Shown here piece by piece: positions 41,356-50,000 of a stretch of 64,000 nt of DNA. A model generated the notes under the pieces. The model was not told where the DNA came from. It saw nothing but the letters and a program-made list of their open reading frames with translations, and did no database searches. Position numbers and translations under genes: made by a program. This DNA is from an uncultured Gammaproteobacteria bacterium (GTDB lineage Bacteria > Pseudomonadota > Gammaproteobacteria > JAIEPX01), in NCBI GenBank assembly GCA_964567285.1, contig CAZMLO010000006.1, positions 7,259 to 71,258 of the forward strand, read 5' to 3'. The stretch's first letter is position 1, and each line of letters starts with the position of its first letter.

Positions 41356-42147
41356 TTAGCTGGCAGTCACTGCACGGGAAATCAACCCAACGCTTACCCA
41401 CTCTCTGAGTGTGGCCCCTGCAAATTGTGGTACTTGTTCAGGATCCATTAATTCGCACAAAGATTCGCAAATCTCAGGAAAGGTTTGATTGTCTTGTATC
41501 GCTTTGATCATTAATAATTGTTCAGGACCAGCAAGATTGTAGTGAGCGCGTTGATTGAAGCGCCAGACTATCCAAGTTTGTGGCTGCTCTGCTCTTTGAA
41601 CAGCCGGTACAGGATGTTTCTCAGGATCGTTTTCAAATAAAGCACGCCAAATTTCAGGGGTATTTAGTTCCAGTGAAAGAAATCGTAGGGAAGGATGCAA
41701 TTCTAATCGCAATTCCGCCCACGCTTCAGCAGGAATTTGCCCCATTTCTTCAACCGTTAATTGTGGCCCATCAGGCGCATCTATCACCTTGCCAAAAGCC
41801 CATTCGAACTGAGCTAATTCGATATGAAGGGGATCCCTATTGGGATCCTTAGCTAAATAGGCAGGCATGTGTCGGCCATAAGCTCTAACAGAAAAATAAG
41901 TAGAAGGATGAGCATCAATATACTGTCGACAGAGTGCTTCAAAAGCATCTTTACCGAGTAAATTTTTCAGTGCTGAAAATTCACGCTCTAAAATTTCAAT
42001 CAATCGCAAATAATAGCCTTGCCGATAAATTTCAACGCGTTCGTACACTGAAATCTGAGGAGCATCTACAATTTTCCCTTCAATACCCTCTCGCTTTTGA
42101 TGCACGTAGGTTTGAAACTGTTCCTGTAACTCCCGCAAGCGGCTCAT
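41356..42147 (-). CDS. DUF2063-family protein (MbnC/BufC-like partner of the DUF692 enzyme)
   Basis: 263 aa. It overlaps the DUF692 gene by 4 bp. The N-terminal region matches the DUF2063 family pattern. Confidence 0.7.
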   Translation of the reverse strand: MSRLRELQEQFQTYVHQKREGIEGKIVDAPQISVYERVEIYRQGYYLRLIEILEREFSALKNLLGKDAFEALCRQYIDAHPSTYFSVRAYGRHMPAYLAKDPNRDPLHIELAQFEWAFGKVIDAPDGPQLTVEEMGQIPAEAWAELRLELHPSLRFLSLELNTPEIWRALFENDPEKHPVPAVQRAEQPQTWIVWRFNQRAHYNLAGPEQLLMIKAIQDNQTFPEICESLCELMDPEQVPQFAGATLREWVSVGLISRAVTAS

Positions 42148-43019
42148 GCAACTGCCTCCAAGGTGTAAGCTTGATTTGATATGCTTTTATTCTTTGCCCA
42201 TGCCGTGTTAGCGATACTTTTTAGAGTATTTAATTCTTCAATGAGTTCAGGCAACGGTGGAATATTATCATCGCGCTCGATCATCGCAGAGACTTTCCCA
42301 AAACGTTCGGCGGCATAAGCAAATAAATCCCAGACTTCATGAATAATCGGATGATCATGCGTATCGATAATATGATCACCATTATTGGTATGCCCTGCCA
42401 TATGGAATTGTTGAACGCGATCGATAGGAATAATATTTAAATATTCAATAGGATCGAAATTGTGATTAAAAGCGGATACATAAACATTATTCACATCGAG
42501 CAATAATAGACAATCAGCTTGTTCAGCAACAGCTTTGATAAATTCGGGTTCAGAAATACAGGTATCCGTATACGTGACATAGCTTGAAGGATTCTCTAAT
42601 AGAATTTGACGTCCTAAAAAATCTTGGACTTTTTTTATGCGATCAACGACGTGAATTAATGCTTCTTCGGTATAGGGTAAAGGCATTAAATCATGCAGAT
42701 TATTGCCGTTAATGCCGGTCCAGCAAAAATGATCAGAAACCCAGGCGGGTTCTAATCGTTCAGCTAAGTTTTTGAGCAGTTTAAGATAATCGTAGTCCAG
42801 TGGATCGCAACCCCCAATCGATAAGGAAACGCCATGCATTACAATGGGATAGAGTTCGCGGATCTTGAATAAATAATGAAGAGGATTTCCACCTTCGACA
42901 AGATAATCTTCTGAAATAATCTCGAACCAATCGACTTCGGTGGGCTTAGTGCTGAGGACATCATCGTAATGTTTAGGTCGTAGACCCAAACCAAATCCTA
43001 AATAATCGTATCGGGCCAT
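42144..43019 (-). CDS. DUF692 / UPF0276 TIM-barrel protein (MbnB / BufB / TglH-like peptide Cys-modifying enzyme)
   Basis: Hallmark N-terminal GFGLGLRPKHY. 291 aa. Operon with DUF2063 and an upstream Cys-rich peptide. Confidence 0.8.
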   Translation of the reverse strand: MARYDYLGFGLGLRPKHYDDVLSTKPTEVDWFEIISEDYLVEGGNPLHYLFKIRELYPIVMHGVSLSIGGCDPLDYDYLKLLKNLAERLEPAWVSDHFCWTGINGNNLHDLMPLPYTEEALIHVVDRIKKVQDFLGRQILLENPSSYVTYTDTCISEPEFIKAVAEQADCLLLLDVNNVYVSAFNHNFDPIEYLNIIPIDRVQQFHMAGHTNNGDHIIDTHDHPIIHEVWDLFAYAAERFGKVSAMIERDDNIPPLPELIEELNTLKSIANTAWAKNKSISNQAYTLEAVA

Positions 43020-43043
43020 CTTGATGATCTCTTTAAAAAAACA

Positions 43044-43071
43044 CTACCGGTTATGTTGCCATAACCGGTAG
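43044..43071 (-). terminator. 12-bp perfect stem-loop (CTACCGGTTATG-ttgc-CATAACCGGTAG) followed by a U-run on the minus strand. It is an intrinsic attenuator between the precursor and enzyme genes.
   Basis: Read directly. AAAAAAA at 43034-43040 on the plus strand reads as a T-run after the hairpin on the minus strand. Confidence 0.55.
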
Positions 43072-43105
43072 TTAGCTAGAAAAAGAATATTACCGTAGTA
43101 ATTTC

Positions 43106-43297
43106 TTATTTTTTGCAGCTATCGCCACCACAGCTATTGGTGCCTTTGCAAGATGACATACCTTTGCAAGTTGGCGCTGGAGCAGCTTTAACACCGCAAC
43201 CACCACTAGAACCAGTGCCTGTGCTAGCACAACCAGCAGCAAACGCAGCAGCTGCAGCAACAGCAAGAACGGTACCTACTTTTGTTACTAAATTCAT
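43106..43297 (-). CDS. Small secreted Cys/Gly/Ser-rich precursor peptide (63 aa) with a Sec/lipoprotein-type signal and 6 Cys (..TCKGMSSCKGTNSCGGDSCKK)
   Basis: SD GAGGGA 8 nt upstream of the ATG at 43297 (the track uses TTG at 43303). Hydrophobic Ala-rich signal, then AAGC. Core repeats C-K-G-x-x-S-C. GCT/GGT-biased codons. Sits immediately 5' of the DUF692/DUF2063 genes. Confidence 0.6.
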   Translation of the reverse strand: MNLVTKVGTVLAVAAAAAFAAGCASTGTGSSGGCGVKAAPAPTCKGMSSCKGTNSCGGDSCKK

Positions 43298-43461
43298 AAC
43301 CAATTTCCCTCTAGTTAACTACTAAAAAAAATGCTTTGAAAGCTTCCAAAAATGCATTTATAAAAATGCTTGTATCGAATCAGAATGCCCATTAAAGAGC
43401 TTTTCCAAGCCGTTACAGATTGGTATTTAGAACTATTTTGAGCTAAAATGCAAGTGTTTCA

Positions 43462-45213
43462 TTGATGTATCTTCTGAAGGGAATTTTGATGACCACCGAT
43501 ACTTTATCTGAATGGCCTTCGAGCAGGGATGCACAGGAAGCTAAAAAATCTGTGTCCCCTAAACACTGGTTCAGGCAATTAATCCGAAAAACGTGGTTAA
43601 CTTATTCTCAAGTGATAATTATTTCTCTATTTATTAATGTATTAGGGTTGGCCACCCCTCTCTTTATCCGTCAGGTTTATGATCAAATAATACCCTTAAA
43701 GGCTATCGATACACTGGGACTGCTAGTCATCGCTGTCCTGAGTGCGTTGGCTTTTGAATTTGTTTTACGGAATCTACGCGCTTTTTGTATCGATAAAGTT
43801 GGCAAAAAAATAGATATTCAAGTCAGTTCTGAGCTTTTTTCCCGGCTTTTAGGGGTGAAATTGGCTGATCGTCCCGCCTCTGTGGGTTCTTTAGCCAATT
43901 CAATACAGACGTTCGATGGTTTTCGGGAATTTATGACTTCGGCAACGTTGAGTACCTTAGTAGATTTGCCTTTCGTTATCGTCTTTTTAGGACTGATTGC
44001 GCTTTTGAGTGGCAACTTAGTTTGGGTGCCTTTGGTTGCCATGCCTTTGATTGTATCCCTGAGCCTTTTTATTCAGCGACCGCACTCTCGGCTTATCCAA
44101 GAGGCTTTTAAGCACTCGGCTAAGAAACAAGCCTTTTTAATTGAATCTTTGGCCTCACTGGAGACAATCAAAGCCTTGGGTGCTGAGAGTCCTTTTCAAC
44201 AGCGTTATGAGGGCCTATCGAGGGAATCAGCATCCATGACTAACAAAACCAAATGGTTGAGCAGCTTAGCCAACCATTTTGCTTTGTTCGCCCAGACACT
44301 GGCTTCGATTGCGCTGGTTGTTTATGGAGTCTACGAGATCTCAGCAGGCAACTTAAGTGTGGGTGCTTTAATAGCTTGTTCTTTGCTCAGTGCACGAGCG
44401 CTCTCCCCTATTGCACAAATCGCCGTATTGATCAGCCGATATCAACATGCTAAAGCAGGATTCTTGGCTGTGGACGAATTGATGAAATTAGCGCAAGAAA
44501 AATCCGATCAGAGAGATTTGATCTGCCCTCATCATTTTCAAGGTCATATTGAATTTTCAGGCGTATCTTTTCAGTATCCGGGTGCGAAACTTTCAGCCTT
44601 AAATGCCATTTCATTAAAGATTCAAGCAGGAGAACGAGTGGCAATAATCGGTAAAACGGGGTCTGGTAAATCCACACTTGCCAAAACAATCATGAAATTT
44701 TACGAGCCTACACGGGGACACGTTTTTATTGATGGCGTGGATTTGCGTCAACTCGATCCTTGCGCATTACGTCGTTATATCGGATATATTCCCCAAGAGG
44801 TAGTCTTGTTTAAAGGGAGTATCAAAGACAATATTCTCCTGGGAAGTTCAAATGTGGATGAATCGGCTTTATTGCGTGCTGTTCAACTGGGTGGTGTGAA
44901 CTCGTTTCTAGAAAACCATCCTGAAGGATTGGATCGAATGATAGGAGAACGCGGTGAAGGGCTTTCCGGAGGGCAACGTCAGGCCATAGCAATTGCCAGA
45001 GCATTATTACTAGATCCACCACTGCTACTCTTTGATGAGCCCAGTAATGGCTTCGATGAAAACAGTACAGAGGCCTTGATTGAAAGACTAACACCTATTT
45101 TATCGAATAAAACATTCATTTTAGTCACGCACAAAACGGCTATGCTAAAGTGCGTGGATAGGGTTATTGTAATGGATAACAGCCAAATTGTGACGGATAT
45201 GGAGAAAAGCTAG
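43462..45213 (+). CDS. ABC exporter, fused TMD-NBD (type I secretion / peptide-exporter family, no C39 peptidase domain)
   Basis: 6-TM N-terminal domain. Walker A GKTGSGKST, signature LSGGQRQ, Walker B LLLFDEPS. Divergent from the RiPP operon. The start may instead be the MTTDTL Met at 43489. Confidence 0.8.
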   Translation: MMYLLKGILMTTDTLSEWPSSRDAQEAKKSVSPKHWFRQLIRKTWLTYSQVIIISLFINVLGLATPLFIRQVYDQIIPLKAIDTLGLLVIAVLSALAFEFVLRNLRAFCIDKVGKKIDIQVSSELFSRLLGVKLADRPASVGSLANSIQTFDGFREFMTSATLSTLVDLPFVIVFLGLIALLSGNLVWVPLVAMPLIVSLSLFIQRPHSRLIQEAFKHSAKKQAFLIESLASLETIKALGAESPFQQRYEGLSRESASMTNKTKWLSSLANHFALFAQTLASIALVVYGVYEISAGNLSVGALIACSLLSARALSPIAQIAVLISRYQHAKAGFLAVDELMKLAQEKSDQRDLICPHHFQGHIEFSGVSFQYPGAKLSALNAISLKIQAGERVAIIGKTGSGKSTLAKTIMKFYEPTRGHVFIDGVDLRQLDPCALRRYIGYIPQEVVLFKGSIKDNILLGSSNVDESALLRAVQLGGVNSFLENHPEGLDRMIGERGEGLSGGQRQAIAIARALLLDPPLLLFDEPSNGFDENSTEALIERLTPILSNKTFILVTHKTAMLKCVDRVIVMDNSQIVTDMEKS

Positions 45214-45225
45214 GGCTGAATCGAT

Positions 45226-45276
45226 TTCTGGATCGCCAGGCCACCTGCGCTTGCGATGACGAAGAGGTCAGATCTC
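45226..45276. repeat. Solo left-arm copy of the dispersed palindromic repeat (TTCTGGATCGCCAGGCCACCTGCGCTTGCGATGACGAAG)
   Basis: Read directly. Confidence 0.6.
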
Positions 45277-45295
45277 AGTGTAATGGGTTTTAGAA

Positions 45296-45365
45296 AGTGA
45301 AGGGGCCAAATTTAGGTGTGATGGGTAGTTAGTACCCATCACACTCAGACCTGACCCCTTCACCG
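45296..45365. terminator. Nested palindrome. The outer arms are GTGAAGGGG/CCCCTTCAC. The inner 12-bp perfect hairpin is GTGTGATGGGTA-gttag-TACCCATCACAC. It lies between convergent genes.
   Basis: Read directly. It sits between the ABC exporter (+) end and the SPOR gene (-) end. No strong U-run. Confidence 0.45.
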
Positions 45366-45368
45366 TTG

Positions 45369-46004
45369 TTAGGCTTGCTCATCAAAATCGGTGTTGACTA
45401 CTTTGCCTTTGATGTGTGATTGCTTCAGTTTGTTATTTAATTTTTCCGCGGCTGCTCGTTCTTTGGTTGGGCCTACATACACTTCAGAAGTGACTTTAGA
45501 ACCGTTTTTTATTTCTTTGATAAAGCCATCAAATCCTCGCTTTTGAAGCAACGCTACTGATTTTTTTAACTCCGTTGAGTTGGTATAAGAACCCACTTTG
45601 ACAGCCCATTTTTCAGTTTCTGGGGAGTCCGAAAGGGAAGACTGATTGTCATTAGTGGGATTGCTAGGATAATTGGGCATGGATTTATTATCAGGTTGAG
45701 TTGAATGATTGTCTGGATCAGAACTATTGTCTTGTTTCGGAGATGAAGATTGCGATTCCAAAGAGTTTGAGTTTGAACTTGTTGAGGTAGATGCCCCTGA
45801 ATTAGCAGAAGAATCCGATGTGCTGCTGGTTGAGTTTTGAGTATTTGATTGGGCATTTGAACCTGTCTGTGCTTGAGCCAGTGTGGTTTTTGAGGCTGAG
45901 GGCTTATGAACTACGGCTGCTTTTTGATGAGCAAAAACAGTGGAAGCATTTGCAAGAGAAAAAACAACAGAAATAAAAATCAGTTTGGAAAAGAACTTAT
46001 TCAT
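45369..46004 (-). CDS. Secreted SPOR-domain protein with a Ser/Asn-rich low-complexity linker
   Basis: Signal peptide. C-terminal SPOR domain (KWAVKVGSYTNSTELKKSVALLQKRGF). Confidence 0.65.
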   Translation of the reverse strand: MNKFFSKLIFISVVFSLANASTVFAHQKAAVVHKPSASKTTLAQAQTGSNAQSNTQNSTSSTSDSSANSGASTSTSSNSNSLESQSSSPKQDNSSDPDNHSTQPDNKSMPNYPSNPTNDNQSSLSDSPETEKWAVKVGSYTNSTELKKSVALLQKRGFDGFIKEIKNGSKVTSEVYVGPTKERAAAEKLNNKLKQSHIKGKVVNTDFDEQA

Positions 46005-46094
46005 GCTTGAAATCCCTTTGAAGAATTAAGATGGCTAAATTTTGCATAATTCAATCAGTGAGTCAACCAGAACCTCTGGACCATAGCAAGGCTC

Positions 46095-46170
46095 TTTTCT
46101 GGATCGCCACGCTTTCCTCGCGATGAAGGTAGAGTCCCGCAACCTTTCTAGGTGCCACGCTACACTCGCA
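46095..46170. repeat. Left-arm copy plus a second degenerate half copy of the dispersed palindromic repeat (CTGGATCGCCACGCTTTCCTCGCGATGAAG ... TGCCACGCTACACTCGCAATCAT)
   Basis: Read directly. Same orientation as the copy at 45226, on the other side of the SPOR gene. Confidence 0.55.
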
Positions 46171-46194
46171 ATCATAATCGGGAGGCAATACAAA

Positions 46195-47085
46195 TTAGAG
46201 ACTTTGATACCACTCAATAAATTCATTGGCAAAAAGAAAGGGATAACTTTCAGGTACAAAATGCAGGGCTTCACCTAAATCGATTAAATCCAAATTTGGG
46301 AGATTTTCAGAAGCCCAGCTCACATCACTGATAGTGGTTATGAAACCAGGTACGGCATAAAACAGTAATTTTGGGATTGGTGAACGCTTGAGTTGCTCAG
46401 AATATTCGCTGATTAAAGCCAGTACATCTTCGGGCTGGCCATTGCCTTTAGGAAAATCTCGGACATATTGCAACAAGGGTTTGCGAGATTCGGGGGTTTT
46501 AAAAGGACGACGGTATTGCTCTAACTCTTTATTGTCTAAGGGACGAATGACACTTGTGGGTAGCATGGTTTCAATCAGATAATTGTTCTCAATAATTTCT
46601 TCATAGGCATGATCCTCATCTTGGATCAAGGAGAGAAATTGTTGTACCGGTAATGATAATTCATCCCATTTTTTTGTCGGTTTGAGATGGGGTTCATAAT
46701 ATACCAGCGCTTTGATTTTATCTTGATGTTGCATGGCGTAATGAGAACCGATCACCGAACCCCAGCCGTGCATGACGAGGGTGATATTGTTTAAATCGAG
46801 CTTATCTAAAAATCGAGTCATGTATTGAATGTGATCAAATACCGTGTAGTTGATATCAGGTTTATCCGATAAACCCATACCCACCATATCCGGTGCAATA
46901 CAGCGGCACTGAGTGGCCACCGTGGGTATTATATTACGCCATAGATAGGACCAAGTGGGTATACCGTGTAAAAAAACCACAGGATCTCCTGCTCCTTCAT
47001 CAATATAATGAATTTTTGAGCCCTCGATTTCTAAAAAATGAGATTTGAATTTAAATTCAGTTGTGGGTTCCGCGTTTTTTAACAT
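46195..47085 (-). CDS. Haloalkane dehalogenase-family alpha/beta hydrolase
   Basis: HGIPTWSYLWRNIIP matches the haloalkane dehalogenase N-terminal motif (HGNPTSSYLWRNI). Nucleophile region MHGWGS. 296 aa. Confidence 0.7.
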   Translation of the reverse strand: MLKNAEPTTEFKFKSHFLEIEGSKIHYIDEGAGDPVVFLHGIPTWSYLWRNIIPTVATQCRCIAPDMVGMGLSDKPDINYTVFDHIQYMTRFLDKLDLNNITLVMHGWGSVIGSHYAMQHQDKIKALVYYEPHLKPTKKWDELSLPVQQFLSLIQDEDHAYEEIIENNYLIETMLPTSVIRPLDNKELEQYRRPFKTPESRKPLLQYVRDFPKGNGQPEDVLALISEYSEQLKRSPIPKLLFYAVPGFITTISDVSWASENLPNLDLIDLGEALHFVPESYPFLFANEFIEWYQSL

Positions 47086-47088
47086 CGT

Positions 47089-50000
47089 TCATCTCTCCCT
47101 GGCATCATTCCCATTGATTCGAGCTAAATCGACCAACTCTCTCATGGCTACTGTGAGCATAGAAAAATCGTTGCTGGGGGTATTTCGCAAATCAGTAACC
47201 ATATTTTCCCAACGATTGACGTGCTCTGAATGGCTTTGTAGCCAGGCTTTAATTTGTTGCTGAGGACTCAGTTTATTGTCTCGAGTTGCAATGACACTGG
47301 CTGTAATGGCTCGTTGTAAAGAATCCAAATCAGCTTTATAAGCAGCACGTGCCAACACGCCCCAATGATTTGTGATCGGGAAAGAATTAATTTGTTCGCG
47401 GAACCAAATTAAATCTAATTGTTCAATGAGCTCAAAGTGGTAAGCGGCTGCAGTTAAAACATCGACCTTAGCACCCGAAGAAGCTTCAACGATGTTCAAC
47501 ACCAATAGCATATGACCTGTCATTGCAAATTGTTTAGCAATTTCTTTAGGAACACCGGATTTTGTAAGGGCTTGAATGCGTTCATTATAGGCTGTTTTAG
47601 CGTTACCGGTTAATAAATTGGGCAATGCCTCAGCCAATTTTTCCAAGGGTTTTTTGAAATGTTCGATGGTTTTAAGAATATCGTAGTGACCATGTCGATT
47701 GCGTAAAAACCAGCGTGTTGCTCGACGAATCAGCTGAGTAATGTCTAAGGTCATTTGATGTAAAACATCGGCAGATACTTTATGTTCTAACGATTGGATA
47801 GCATTGAGATAATCCACCATAGAGAAAATTTCTCGGGAAGTAACATAAGCACGGACCACAGATTCTGCAGAGCCGCCTGTTTCATCTTGCATTTGATAGC
47901 TAAATGTAATTCCCAAGTTGGTGACTAAATCATTACAGAGTTGGGTTGCAATAATTTCACGAACAAGTCGGTGCTGATTCATCTCATCACGATATTGCTT
48001 CGCCAATGTTTTGGGGAAGGCCGATTCTAAATAACCGATCAAAGAAGGATCCTTGGTGAATTCAGTACCTAAAATTTGTTCTTTGAGAATTAGTTTTGAA
48101 TAAGCCATTAGTACGGCAATTTCAGGTCGAGTGAGTGCCAATCCATCCGCTTTGCGATCATTGAGATCTTTATTGTTGGGTAAAAATTCCAATGCCCGAG
48201 GCAGTTTGCCGCTTTGTTCATAGGTATCCATGTATTGTCGATACAATTCAAAATATTCTGCGGACTGTTTGACGGCCAAAGAGATTGCCCGAGCTTGAGA
48301 GTAATTGTTAATCAGAACTAATTTCCCAACTTCATCCGTCATCGAGGCTAATAATTTGTTCCGATCTGCCAATGTTAATTTGCCATTGGCAACCACGCGA
48401 CTCAGTAGAATTTTGATATTCACTTCATGGTCCGAGCAATCTACCCCACCGGAATTATCGATAAAATCAGTATTTATACGCCCGCCACTCAGTTCGTATT
48501 CAATACGAGACAATTGCGTGAAGCCGAGATTGCCGCCCTCAGCGACAACACGGCAACGTAATTCATCACCATTAATCCGGAGAGCATCGTTAGCGCGATC
48601 GCCAACTTGAGCGTCTGTTTCTGTTTTGGATTTGACATAAGTACCAATACCACCGTTCCAGAGTAAATCCACTTCTGCTTTGAGGAGTAAGCGAATTAAT
48701 TCATTGGGTTCGATCGTTTCTTTATCAGTGCCTACTAAAGACTGTGCTTCAGGTGAAAGTTTTATGGCTTTAGCTGATCGAGCATAAATACCGCCACCTT
48801 TTGAAATTAATTTCTCATTGTAATCAGTCCATTGCGAACGCGGTAAGTTGAATAAGCGTTGACGTTCATCGAAGCTCGTTTTAGGGTCCGGATTAGGATC
48901 AATAAATATATGCATATGATTGAAAGCAGCGACCAATTTAATATGTTTGGATAAGAGCATGCCATTACCGAAAACATCGCCTGACATATCACCAATACCC
49001 ACCACAGTAAATTCTTCTTTTTGAGTATCTAGACCCAGATCATAAAAATGATTTTTAACCGATTCCCATGCCCCTCTTGCGGTAATACCCATTTTTTTGT
49101 GGTCATAACCGGCAGAACCGCCCGAGGCGAAAGCGTCGCCTAACCAAAAATCATACTCTGCAGAAATCGAGTTGGCGATATCTGAAAAGGTTGCGGTTCC
49201 CTTATCGGCAGCGACCACTAAATAAGGATCATCGCCATCGTAGCGTACAGTATTAGGAGGCGTGGTTATTTTGCCATTTTCAAGATTGTCGACTAAATCC
49301 AATAATCCGCGGATGAAATTTTGGTAGCAATGAATTCCTTCTTGCATAATTTCTTCACGGCTGCCATCGGTGGGTAAGAGTTTAGGATAAAATCCCCCTT
49401 TAGCACCATGAGGAACAATAATGGCATTTTTAACGGATTGTGCCTTCATCAGACCTAAAACTTCCGTGCGGAAATCCTCTCTACGATCTGACCAACGAAT
49501 TCCCCCACGTGCTACTTTCGATCCGCGTAGGTGCACACCTTCAAAACGGACTGAATAAACAAAAGTTTCAAACATGGGTAAAGGTAATGGTAGATCGGGG
49601 ATTTTACGAGGATCTAATTTTAGAGATAAGTAGTCTTTGAATTTTCCATCCGAAGTGGTTTGATAGTAATTGGTACGCAAAGTCGCTTTAACAAGCGCGA
49701 TATAACGACTAAAAATACGTTCCTCATCCAGGCTGCTGACATGATCGAGTGCAGAGAGGATACTTTTTTCAATTTGAAGCAGTTTAGACGCTCTGCCTTT
49801 TTCCAATTGAGGATCGAAATGCAGATGGAAAAATTCCATGATGAGTCGAGCGATTCCAGGATTATTACTAAAGGCTTGTTCGATATAATGTTGAGAAAAA
49901 TGAAAGCGTGCTTGGTGTAAATATTTAGCATAAGCACGTAAAACACGAACTTCATGCCAGTTTAATTCAGCGGCTAAAACCAGTCTATTGAAACTATCAT

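Noticed and set aside
43113-43325. 70-aa plus-strand ORF overlapping the Cys-rich precursor gene
   Set aside because: It is a Pro/Ala/Leu low-complexity antisense shadow of the GCT/GGT-rich precursor frame. The minus-strand ORF has the SD, the signal peptide and the operon context.
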